Under the pieces are notes generated by a model. That model was not told where the DNA came from. It ran no database searches and saw only the letters and a program-made list of their open reading frames with translations. A program made the position numbers and the translations under genes. DNA of 64,000 bases, taken from assembly GCA_035530195.1 (NCBI GenBank), contig DATKVG010000160.1, forward strand, positions 9,830 through 73,829, given 5' to 3'. The stretch is from Candidatus Bathyarchaeia archaeon. GTDB taxonomy: Bacteria; Hydrogenedentota; Hydrogenedentia; Hydrogenedentales; SLHB01. Position 1 is the first letter of the stretch; the number at the start of each line of letters is the position of its first letter. Shown here one piece after another: positions 8,598 through 16,585 of this stretch.

Positions 8598-9569
8598 ATG
8601 GAGCATGATCGTATGATGATGCGTCCGGTTTTATTGAGGGGGTTCACGCTGATAGAACTCTTGGTGGTGATTGGCATTATTGCAATCTTGGCGGCGCTCC
8701 TGCTTCCAGCGCTTTCTCGGGCGCGGGAATCGGCTCGGAAGGCATCCTGCGTAAACAACCTGAAGCAAATGGGGGTGATCTTCAAGATGTACGCAGGTGA
8801 AGCGCCCGGAGGAAAGTTTCCGCCGAGGATACGCTTGATTGACCTCTACATGCACCTTGATTTTTCCTGGTGCTACGCGGGAGACAAGCCTTTCACCCCC
8901 GGACAAGTGAACTTTGACCTGCTGGGCAGCGTTGATCCGTTGGCGGTCTTTCCCGCGTACCTCGCGGACTACCACGTGCTGTATTGTCCGTCCAACATCG
9001 AGAGCGACCCGGAAGACGCGCTGTACGTGCTTGAAAGCGCGCCCGGCGACCCCAAACCGTGCTCGTATGAGGGCCTTTTCATGGCTCCCGCGGCATGCTA
9101 TCAGTACATCGGCTATTTGTTCGACAAAGGCGACGATAGTGACACGCCTCTGCAATACGCGTACGAGCCGCAGATGTACGCCTTTATTCAATCACGGCCG
9201 GCGACCAATCCCGAGGATACGGACCGCACCATTGAAATACCCGAACTTCAAGAGTACGGCAACGGCAGCACCGGCGTCATCCACCGGCTGCGTGAGGGGA
9301 TCGAGCGCATCTGCATCACGGACGTCAACAATCCCGCCGCATCCGCGAACGCGCAAAGCGAGATTGCCGTGATGTGGGACCATTCGGGGACCGGCATTAT
9401 TGCGACCTTCGGCGGACCAGGGTCGAAGGCGCTCAACCACAACCGGGGGGCTAATGTTTTGTACATGGACGGGCACGTGGAGTTCGTGGATTATGTCACG
9501 CCCTACGGGAAGTTTCCCGTGACGTTCAGCACGTTCATTGGAGGCGATACCTTTCTGCCGTTTCCTTAG
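8598..9569 (+). CDS. DUF1559 / H-X9-DG protein with a prepilin-type N-terminal cleavage/methylation domain
   Basis: The class III signal is LLRG|[24 protein letters not shown]. The H-X9-DG motif [12 protein letters not shown] is at 9438-9473. Start is ATG 8598 or 8613. The ORF-track start 8445 overlaps the IS and is rejected. Confidence 0.85.
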   Translation: MEHDRMMMRPVLLRGFTLIELLVVIGIIAILAALLLPALSRARESARKASCVNNLKQMGVIFKMYAGEAPGGKFPPRIRLIDLYMHLDFSWCYAGDKPFTPGQVNFDLLGSVDPLAVFPAYLADYHVLYCPSNIESDPEDALYVLESAPGDPKPCSYEGLFMAPAACYQYIGYLFDKGDDSDTPLQYAYEPQMYAFIQSRPATNPEDTDRTIEIPELQEYGNGSTGVIHRLREGIERICITDVNNPAASANAQSEIAVMWDHSGTGIIATFGGPGSKALNHNRGANVLYMDGHVEFVDYVTPYGKFPVTFSTFIGGDTFLPFP

Positions 9570-9630
9570 GGGGATCAAAGGGACTAAAAAGACGTAAGGG
9601 ACATAAGAAAAGCGGCCAACTGCGTAAGAA

Positions 9631-9672
9631 AAAAGCCAGCAGCACTGGATTAGTGCTGCCGGCTTTGGTTGT
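9631..9672. terminator. Bidirectional intrinsic terminator between convergent genes
   Basis: The hairpin is GCCAGCAGCAC (9635-9645) / GTGCTGCCGGC (9653-9663) with one mismatch. It is flanked by an A-run on the 5' side and TTTGGTTGTGTGTTT on the 3' side. Confidence 0.6.
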
Positions 9673-9680
9673 GTGTTTGC

Positions 9681-11996
9681 TCAGGCTTTGGCGGTGGCGG
9701 CTGCTTTGATATAGGCGTCGATGGCTCTGGCGGCTTTTTTGCCCGCGCCCATGGCCTCGATAACGGTGGCTGAACCGGTGACGATGTCGCCGCCGGCATA
9801 CACGCCAGGCAGGTTTGTGGCGCCGGTTTCGGGGTCGACGATGATGTTGCCCCACTTGTTGAGTTGCAGGCCTTGGGTATTTTTAGTGAGCAGGGGGTTG
9901 GCCTGGTTGCCCAACGCCGGGATCGCCATGTCGCAGTCGATGGTGAACTCGGTTCCGGGCACGGGGATGGGACGCCGCCGGCCGGACGCGTCCGGTTCGC
10001 CCAGTTCCATCCGGATGCATTCCATCCCGACGACTTTGTTGTCTTTGTCGCCGAGGATGCGGACGGGGTTGGTGAGGAACTTGAACACGACGCCTTCTTC
10101 CTTTGCGTTCTCGACTTCCTCGGCGCGTGCGGGGACTTCCGCGGCCGACCGGCGGTATACGATGCTGACTTTTTTTGCGCCAAGCCGCAGCGACGTGCGG
10201 GCCGCGTCCATGGCGACGTTGCCCGCGCCGACGACACAGACGCGTTCGCCGACGATCACGGGCGTGTCGTAGTCGGGCCGGTAGGCTTTCATGAGGTTGA
10301 CGCGGGTGAGGAATTCGTTTGCGCTGAACACGCCGATGAGGTTTTCGCCGGGAATTCCGAGGAACATGGGGGCGCCCGCGCCCACCGTGATAAACACCGC
10401 CTTGTACCCGGCGTCCATCAGTTCTTTGACCGTATGGACCTTGCCGATGATCATGTCGAGTTGGATTTCGGCGCCCAGGCTTTTGACGTAGTTGACTTCG
10501 CGGTTCACGATGACTTTGGGCAGGCGGAATTCGGGAATCCCGTAGCGGAGCACGCCGCCGGTGTCGTGGAACGCCTCGAAAATGGTGACTTCATAACCCA
10601 TCTTGGCGAGGTCGCCGCCGCACGTCAGGCCGCCGGGGCCGCAACCAACCACGGCCACCTTGATGCCGTTGGACTTGGTTTTGACGGGCGTGACGGGCGC
10701 GTTGGCCGCTTCCCAATCTGCCGCGAACCGTTCGAGCTTGCCGATGTTGACGGGCCGGGCCGTCTTGGCGAGGATGCAGGTTTTCTCGCACTGGTTTTCC
10801 TGGGGGCAGACGCGGCCGCAAATGGCGGGGAGGCTGTTTTTGTCTTTGAGGATGGCGGCGGACTTTGCGAAATCGTGTTCCTGGATGGCTTTGATGAACC
10901 CGGGGATGTCGACTTCGACCGGGCAGCCTTTCATGCAGGACGGGCGTGCGCAGAGCCTGCACCGCATCGCCTCTTCGAGCGCCTTTTCTTCGGTATAGGC
11001 CAGGTTGACTTCCTCGAACGTCCCACGGCGCACCATCATCCGGTCGATAAGGGCCGCCACGAATCCGACGGCCTCGTCTTGGAAATCCTGGGGCATGAGC
11101 ATGCGGCCGTTCCGGGCCTGGGTCTCGACGGCGACGTTGAGGCGGCACTCGTGCGGCTCGGGCGCAGGGGCGGGCTCGCCCATGGTCTTGACGGCCTTGG
11201 CTTCCATCGACCGATAGGCCTGCTGACGCGACATCAGCTCGATGAAATCGACCTCGGCCCCGTCAAACTCGGGGCCGTCCACGCAGGCGTACCTGGTTTG
11301 GCCGGCTACGGTGACGCGGCACCCGCCGCACATGCCCGTCCCGTCGACCATGATGGGGTTGAGGCTCACCACCACGTGGACGCCATACTTCTTGCAGCAC
11401 TCGACGACGGCTTTCATGTGGGGCACGGGCCCGATAGCGACGACTTCGTCGATTTTTTCGCCTTTTTTGATGCGGTCTTCCAGGATTTGGGTGGCGAACC
11501 CGTGGAACCCGAATGACCCGTCGTCGGTGCTGTAGAGGACCTCGTCGCTGACCGCGGCCATTTTGTCCTGCCAGAACAGGAGGCCTTTGTTTCGTGCGCC
11601 GATGATGCTGACGACCCGGTTGCCGGCATCGTGGTAGGCTTTGGTCTGGGGGTACATCGGCGCGACGCCCAGGCCGCCCGCCAGGCAGTAGATGGTCCTG
11701 CCGCCGCCTTCGATGGCCCGATCTTTCCCGAGCGGACCCACAACATCGTGAAACGACTCGCCGGCCGCGAACGCGCCCAGCTTGATGGTCCCTTTGCCGA
11801 CTTCCTGGAGCACGAGGGTGATGGTGCCGGCATCGGGATCGCTGTCGGCGATGGTAAGGGGGATTCGCTCGCCGTGTTCATCGCCCAGGACCAGCACGAA
11901 ATTGCCGGGTTTTGCGGCGCGCGCAATCAGGGGGGCATTGACCACGAACTCCTTTACCTTGTCGGCCAGCTCATCCTTGCTCACGATGCGAAACAT
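9681..11996 (-). CDS. Fused NfnA-like (PyrK-type FAD/[2Fe-2S]) plus NfnB/GltD-like (NADPH-dependent glutamate synthase small-subunit type) oxidoreductase
   Basis: The N-terminal ~280 aa carry IPLTIADSD, CLAGGLGVAPMYP and DGTGMCGGCRV..ACVDGPEF. The C-terminal ~470 aa carry CRLCARPSCMKGCPV, CGRVCPQENQCEKTC, VAVVGCGPGGLTCGGDLAKMGY and GGDIVTGSATVIEAMGAGKKAA. GAGGAG SD. Confidence 0.85.
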   Translation of the reverse strand: MFRIVSKDELADKVKEFVVNAPLIARAAKPGNFVLVLGDEHGERIPLTIADSDPDAGTITLVLQEVGKGTIKLGAFAAGESFHDVVGPLGKDRAIEGGGRTIYCLAGGLGVAPMYPQTKAYHDAGNRVVSIIGARNKGLLFWQDKMAAVSDEVLYSTDDGSFGFHGFATQILEDRIKKGEKIDEVVAIGPVPHMKAVVECCKKYGVHVVVSLNPIMVDGTGMCGGCRVTVAGQTRYACVDGPEFDGAEVDFIELMSRQQAYRSMEAKAVKTMGEPAPAPEPHECRLNVAVETQARNGRMLMPQDFQDEAVGFVAALIDRMMVRRGTFEEVNLAYTEEKALEEAMRCRLCARPSCMKGCPVEVDIPGFIKAIQEHDFAKSAAILKDKNSLPAICGRVCPQENQCEKTCILAKTARPVNIGKLERFAADWEAANAPVTPVKTKSNGIKVAVVGCGPGGLTCGGDLAKMGYEVTIFEAFHDTGGVLRYGIPEFRLPKVIVNREVNYVKSLGAEIQLDMIIGKVHTVKELMDAGYKAVFITVGAGAPMFLGIPGENLIGVFSANEFLTRVNLMKAYRPDYDTPVIVGERVCVVGAGNVAMDAARTSLRLGAKKVSIVYRRSAAEVPARAEEVENAKEEGVVFKFLTNPVRILGDKDNKVVGMECIRMELGEPDASGRRRPIPVPGTEFTIDCDMAIPALGNQANPLLTKNTQGLQLNKWGNIIVDPETGATNLPGVYAGGDIVTGSATVIEAMGAGKKAARAIDAYIKAAATAKA

Positions 11997-12294
11997 TACA
12001 ATTACTCCTCAAAACACACTCTTCTGGACAAAAAAAGATCGCCTCGTCGACCTTCCGTTGAGCACGGCGACCTATGCTTTATTGTAGCGTATTTGTGCCG
12101 GATCTTGCCGAACCTGCCCAGCAGAACTTGGCTGCGGATTATAAGATCCGCCGACCCTTGAATCAAGGCATAGGACGCGGCAAAGTCTAAGACCAATAGG
12201 AAAAAGGACCTAGAGGACCTATGGCCGCCCAGGCGCCAACCTTTTCCGGGCGGGCTTGTAAAAGCGGCGTCCTCACCGCTTCAGAGCCTGCATA

Positions 12295-13488
12295 TCAGGT
12301 CTTGAGGCCGGAGAGGTCGGGCTGGACGACCCTGTTTTCGGCCAGCATCTGCTCCCAGGTGAGGCGCGTTTTACGTTCGCAGGCGTCCCTGCCGAGAATG
12401 GTGGCGAGCGTGGAGTTGATGCTGGGCTCGACGGTGGGATTTTGGCAGTCGCCTTTCTGGACGCAGTCGTGGAACGCGGCGATATTGACCTCGGCCCCGC
12501 GTTCGTATAGCCCTTCGGTTTTGCCGCCGGCCCAGCCGGCGTTGTTGCCCAGCATCCTCACGCGGCCGTTATACGAGGTTTCGAGATGGCCGTTGAGGCA
12601 GAATGCCAAGGCGTCGCAATGCCATTCGTAGCGGTTTCTCAGATGTTCGCCGATGTGATTGAGCAGGAGGCCGTCGGGAAACTCGTAGGTAATGGAGAGG
12701 GTATCGTGGGTGTCGCCATGGGGGTTTTTGCGGGCGATGCGCGAGGAGCCGGTGGCGCTGACGGGCATCCGGCCGGCAATCCACAGTGCGGCGTCGACGG
12801 CGTGGATGCCGGCGTTGACATGGTACCCGCCGCCGATGGCGATGTCGTTGACCCAGATGAGGTGTTGCAGCCGGCTTTCGATGTTGTCTGTCAGCGGGGG
12901 GTCGTCGAACCCCTCATCGGTGTATTGCGAGCAGAGCATGCCCAGCGGCCCAATATCGCCGCGTTGGAGGCGTTTGATCCCTTCGATGATGAGGGGGTCG
13001 GTGCGCATCTGGAAATCGATCAGGAACACCTTGCCGGCGGCCTTGGCGCGTTTTGCGGCTTCAAGCACGCGCAGTGTGCCCGGCGCATCGCAGGCGACCG
13101 GCTTGGCCATGTAGACGTGCAACCCCGCTGCAACGGCCGCCTCGACGTGATCCGGGAAACAGTACGGCGGCGTTTCGAGAAAGATGGCGTCGATGCCGCT
13201 GTCGACGACGCCGCGATAGCCGTTGAGGCCGCTGAACCGGTGTTTGGCGTCGACGCCGAACTCGTCGCCGGCCTTGTCGACCACGTCCGGGAAGTAGTCG
13301 CACATGCTGTTGATGTGATACCCGCCGTGGTCGCGGATCATTTTGGTGATCATCCTGCCGCGTCCGCCAAGGCCGACGATACCGATTTCGAGCTTGGAGT
13401 TGGCGCCCTGCGCGAATGCGGGTGTCATTAAAGAAGCCGCCGCCACGCCGCCCATAAACGCCCTGCGACTGCACCCCGGTTTGTTCAT
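12295..13488 (-). CDS. TAT-exported Gfo/Idh/MocA family oxidoreductase
   Basis: ATG 13488 follows a GGGAGG SD. The twin-arginine motif is SRRAFMGG and the Rossmann motif is EIGIVGLGGRGR. Confidence 0.8.
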   Translation of the reverse strand: MNKPGCSRRAFMGGVAAASLMTPAFAQGANSKLEIGIVGLGGRGRMITKMIRDHGGYHINSMCDYFPDVVDKAGDEFGVDAKHRFSGLNGYRGVVDSGIDAIFLETPPYCFPDHVEAAVAAGLHVYMAKPVACDAPGTLRVLEAAKRAKAAGKVFLIDFQMRTDPLIIEGIKRLQRGDIGPLGMLCSQYTDEGFDDPPLTDNIESRLQHLIWVNDIAIGGGYHVNAGIHAVDAALWIAGRMPVSATGSSRIARKNPHGDTHDTLSITYEFPDGLLLNHIGEHLRNRYEWHCDALAFCLNGHLETSYNGRVRMLGNNAGWAGGKTEGLYERGAEVNIAAFHDCVQKGDCQNPTVEPSINSTLATILGRDACERKTRLTWEQMLAENRVVQPDLSGLKT

Positions 13489-13566
13489 CGCACGCCTCCC
13501 GCATGTTGAAATCCACTTGTGGCCGATTATACACAAGACGAGAAGGCGCAACCACGGGTAAAAAGA

Positions 13567-13622
13567 AAGGACAAATTACAAAGGACAAATTACAGAGGAC
13601 AAATTACAAACGGCAAAGGACA
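13567..13622. repeat. 14-bp tandem repeat RAGGACAAATTACA x3 plus one degenerate unit
   Basis: Units are 13567-13580, 13581-13594 and 13595-13608, then aacggcaaaggaca. It lies in the divergent region between the Gfo/Idh/MocA gene and tRNA-Ser. Confidence 0.9.
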
Positions 13623-13657
13623 CGTAGAGATTGGGGAGGTTCACTTGTGTGTCTTGT

Positions 13658-13686
13658 TTGAAAAAACGGGGTGATCGTGGTAACGT
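13658..13686 (+). promoter_or_regulatory. Candidate sigma-70 promoter for tRNA-Ser
   Basis: TTGAAA (13658-13663), a 17-nt spacer, then TAACGT (13681-13686). The mature tRNA 5' end is 14 nt downstream. Confidence 0.35.
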
Positions 13687-13700
13687 AAAGAGTCTACTGC

Positions 13701-13790
13701 GGAGAGGTGACCGAGTGGCTGAAGGTGGCGCCCTGCTAAGGCGTTGTGCGGGAAACCGTACCCCGGGTTCAAATCCCGGCCTCTCCGCCA
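13701..13790 (+). tRNA. tRNA-Ser (anticodon GCU), class II with a long variable arm and an encoded CCA
   Basis: Folded by hand. The acceptor is GGAGAGG/CCTCTCC. The anticodon stem is GCGCC/GGCGT with loop CTGCTAA. The variable arm is TGTGCGGGAAACCGTAC. The T arm is CCGGG-TTCAAAT-CCCGG. The discriminator is G followed by CCA. Confidence 0.9.
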
Positions 13791-13921
13791 TATTCTTTTT
13801 CACACGCTAACCCGCTCCTGCTATTCCCGGGCCGATTCTGTTTTGTCGAAAATGCGCGTGTGAACCCTTATACTGGCGGGAGAGAGGCGAAGGTGTTGAA
13901 TTGCGGAAAGGAACGTGAGTG

Positions 13922-15310
13922 ATGGTACGGCGTGTGCTGCTGGTGGATGATGATCGGCTGATCCGGTGGGCGCTTCGGGAGAAGTTGACGGGGGAGGATT
14001 ACGAGGTGGTGGAGGCGGCGGACGGGAAGGCGGCGGAGCGGGCGATGGAGTCGGGGAGTTTTGACTGCGTTCTGCTGGATTTGCGGTTGCCGGACACGGA
14101 CGGTGTGGCGCTGCTCAGGAAAATCCACCGCGGCCGGCCTGAACTGCCCGTAATCATGGTTACGGCCAATTCGAGCATCGACAGCGCGGTCGAGGCCATG
14201 AAGTGCGGCGCGGTCGATTACGTCAGCAAGCCGTTCAACATGGACGAGATAGCGGCGACGGTGCGCCACGCCATTGAGGCGGGGGAGGCCCGGCGCCAGC
14301 ACCTCTCGGCGTCTGCCAGCGAGGAAAAAGACCGGTTCGGGCTCGAGAGCATCGTGGGGGAGACGGCCGCGATGCTGCAAATCAAGGACCTCGTGCAGCG
14401 GGTGGCCAGGAGCGAATCGACCACAATCCTACTTTTGGGCGAAAGCGGCACGGGAAAAGACATGATCGCCCGGGCGATTCACTATGAGTCCATGCGGGTG
14501 GACAAACCGTTTATGGACATCACGTGCACGGCCCTGCCCGAGGCCTTGCTTGAAAGCGAACTATTCGGCTACGAGAAAGGCGCGTTCACCGACGCGAAAA
14601 TCCAGAAAAAAGGCCTATTCGAGATCGCCCACGGCGGGACGGTGTTCCTCGACGAGATCGGCGAGATGCGGCCGGCGTTGCAGGCCAAGCTTCTGCGCGT
14701 CCTCGAGGACAAGGCGTTCAAGCGGGTGGGCGGGACCGCCGACATCCGGGTCGACGTCCGCGTCATTGCCGCAACCAACAGAGACATCGACGAAAGCATG
14801 CGGCAGGGCCGGTTCCGCGAAGACCTCTATTACCGCCTCAGCACGGTGCCCATCGTGATCCCGCCGTTGCGCGAACGGCGCGACGACGTCCCGCGGCTGG
14901 CCCGCCATTTTCTCCACGCCTACAACTACGAATTTCACCAATCGTTCCGCGAACTGTCGCCGCAGGCGCTCGAGCGGCTGTGCGAGTACGAGTGGCCGGG
15001 CAACGTGCGCGAGTTGCGCAACGTCATCGAACGCGCCGCGCTGCTTTCCACGGGCGACGTCATCTCGGCCGAAGACGTCGTGCTCGGCCGCACGGCCTTT
15101 TACCGCTCCCCGCTCCGGGAAAAATGCTTGGTGCAACTTCCGCGGAATGGGTGTAATCTATCCGACGTGGAGAAGGAACTGATCCGCCAGGCGCTGGAAC
15201 GAACGCATTGGAACCAGACTCAAGGCGCGGAACTGCTGGGAATAACTCGCGACCAGATACGTTATAAGATATCCAAGTATGGTTTGGAGAAACAGGGGAG
15301 TGGAATTTGA
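13922..15310 (+). CDS. Sigma-54-dependent Fis-family response regulator (NtrC-type: REC, AAA+, HTH)
   Basis: The REC domain has VLLVDDD and a phospho-Asp in FDCVLLDLRLPDTDG. Walker A is GESGTGKD. The loop reads ESELFGYEKGAFTDA. Also present are RFREDLYYRL and a C-terminal Fis HTH. The ORF-track start GTG 13919 is immediately followed by ATG 13922. Confidence 0.9.
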   Translation: MVRRVLLVDDDRLIRWALREKLTGEDYEVVEAADGKAAERAMESGSFDCVLLDLRLPDTDGVALLRKIHRGRPELPVIMVTANSSIDSAVEAMKCGAVDYVSKPFNMDEIAATVRHAIEAGEARRQHLSASASEEKDRFGLESIVGETAAMLQIKDLVQRVARSESTTILLLGESGTGKDMIARAIHYESMRVDKPFMDITCTALPEALLESELFGYEKGAFTDAKIQKKGLFEIAHGGTVFLDEIGEMRPALQAKLLRVLEDKAFKRVGGTADIRVDVRVIAATNRDIDESMRQGRFREDLYYRLSTVPIVIPPLRERRDDVPRLARHFLHAYNYEFHQSFRELSPQALERLCEYEWPGNVRELRNVIERAALLSTGDVISAEDVVLGRTAFYRSPLREKCLVQLPRNGCNLSDVEKELIRQALERTHWNQTQGAELLGITRDQIRYKISKYGLEKQGSGI

Positions 15311-15431
15311 CGCACCGGCAGGGTAAAAACACCCGGTTTTGCGCGAAATTTCCCTCATCACTTGCCAGGTCATTTGTCTTAACTCCTTTTTACATAAGGG
15401 GATGTCAGGTTTATGGCGATTTTGCTGGAAG

Positions 15432-15447
15432 CGGCATGATACTTGCG
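15432..15447 (+). promoter_or_regulatory. Sigma-54 (-24/-12) promoter
   Basis: CGGCATGATACTTGCG compared with the consensus TGGCACG-N4-TTGCW. GG is at 15433-34 and GC at 15445-46 with exact spacing. It lies 49 nt upstream of ATG 15496 and next to a sigma-54 EBP gene. Confidence 0.6.
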
Positions 15448-15495
15448 CCATAAGTTAGGTTCCTGGTATTTATTGGAAGCACGGGAGGTTTCTTG

Positions 15496-15957
15496 ATGAA
15501 GGTCTTACGGTTTACACAGGTTGCAGGCCGGGGCCGGTTCGGCGGCAAGTCTTCTTGCCGCGGGATGACGCTGCTGGAGTTGATGTTTGCGGCGGGCGTG
15601 CTGGGCTTGGCGCTGGCATTTCTTTTTGGTTCGCTGGTGACGATAGCGCTGGCGAGCAATTTGACGCAGAACCGTGGGATCGCGGCGACGCATATGGCGA
15701 CGGTGATGGAGGAGCTTTACGGGATGGGGCTGCAAGAGTTGCTGACGTATGTGCCGCCCGTGTTCACGAATCTGGGCGCGTCGGAGGTGGTGCAGCTCGA
15801 GGCGATCCTCAATGATGGCACGGTTATAACCCTTCCGGTGGACCCCACGACGATGGGGCCGTTGCCCAACCCGCTTCTGATCCGCTGCAGGGTGAGCTGG
15901 ATCGATGCGCAAAACCGCCCGATGGCTCTTGAAGCCTCACAACTCTTCTACAGGTGA
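15496..15957 (+). CDS. Prepilin-type N-terminal cleavage/methylation domain protein (pseudopilin 1)
   Basis: GGGAGG SD at 15483-15488. The class III signal is CRG|MTLLELMFAAGVLGLALAFLFGSL. Confidence 0.75.
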   Translation: MKVLRFTQVAGRGRFGGKSSCRGMTLLELMFAAGVLGLALAFLFGSLVTIALASNLTQNRGIAATHMATVMEELYGMGLQELLTYVPPVFTNLGASEVVQLEAILNDGTVITLPVDPTTMGPLPNPLLIRCRVSWIDAQNRPMALEASQLFYR

Positions 15958-15961
15958 TGCT

Positions 15962-16582
15962 ATGAAGATACCGACAAGAACAGGTGGTTTTACATTGCTG
16001 GAGATGATGATGTCGGTTGCCATCATCGTGGTGGTGGTCGGGATACTCTCTGGGATGGCGATCGGCCTGGGGGACACGGCGCGCGTGCAGGAAATCAAGG
16101 GCGATTCCGGCGACCAGGCCCGCCGCGGAATGATCTATATCATCCGCGACCTGCGGCAGGCCGACGGGGGGAGCATCGCCGGCGCGCCGGGAGAGACCAT
16201 CACCTACCGGGTCGCCGCGGACGTCGACGGGAACGGTACGGCGGTGGACGTGGGGGGCGACCTGGAGTTGGGGCCGGTGATCACGGTGGGACGGGATGTC
16301 GACGACCTCAACAACGATGGCCTGACCGACAACCAGTTTATCTGGAGCGACGGCAACAACCAGGCGGTGTTCGCCAACAACCTGCTGCCCAACGAAGACG
16401 GCAACAACAACGGTCTCCTCGATGCGGGGGAAGACGCCAACGGCAACGGCATACTCGACCGGGGTTTGTGGTTCGGGCAGAACGGCAGTTTTATCGAGGT
16501 GACGATTCAGACGGGGGGGCAAACCAGGCGCGGCCGCATGATTACGTTCAATTTCAATGAAGTGGTCCGACCGAGGAACTGA
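15962..16582 (+). CDS. Prepilin-type N-terminal domain protein with Asp/Asn/Gly Ca-loop-like repeats (pseudopilin 2)
   Basis: The class III signal is TGG|FTLLEMMMSVAIIVVVVGIL. Loop motifs present are DVDGNGTAVD, DDLNNDGLTDN and NEDGNNNGLLDAGEDANGNGILD. Confidence 0.75.
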   Translation: MKIPTRTGGFTLLEMMMSVAIIVVVVGILSGMAIGLGDTARVQEIKGDSGDQARRGMIYIIRDLRQADGGSIAGAPGETITYRVAADVDGNGTAVDVGGDLELGPVITVGRDVDDLNNDGLTDNQFIWSDGNNQAVFANNLLPNEDGNNNGLLDAGEDANGNGILDRGLWFGQNGSFIEVTIQTGGQTRRGRMITFNFNEVVRPRN

Positions 16583-16585
16583 GCG

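Noticed and set aside
9864-11516. Long ORFs antisense to recognised genes. Examples are 9864..11516(+), 19110..20255(+), 30749..32878(-), 40082..41929(-), 47345..48616(-), 54094..55326(+) and 60142..62277(+).
   Set aside because: Each lies opposite a CDS with clear family motifs. Their products are Arg/Gly/Pro/His/Asp-rich, low-complexity sequences with no recognisable motifs. Long spurious antisense frames are expected in GC-rich DNA because stop codons are rare.
13567-13622. Possibility that the tandem repeats (2771-2815, 13567-13622, 23719-23745, 35911-35964) are CRISPR arrays
   Set aside because: The units are 9-18 bp and directly abutting, with no unique spacers. No cas genes are in the window.
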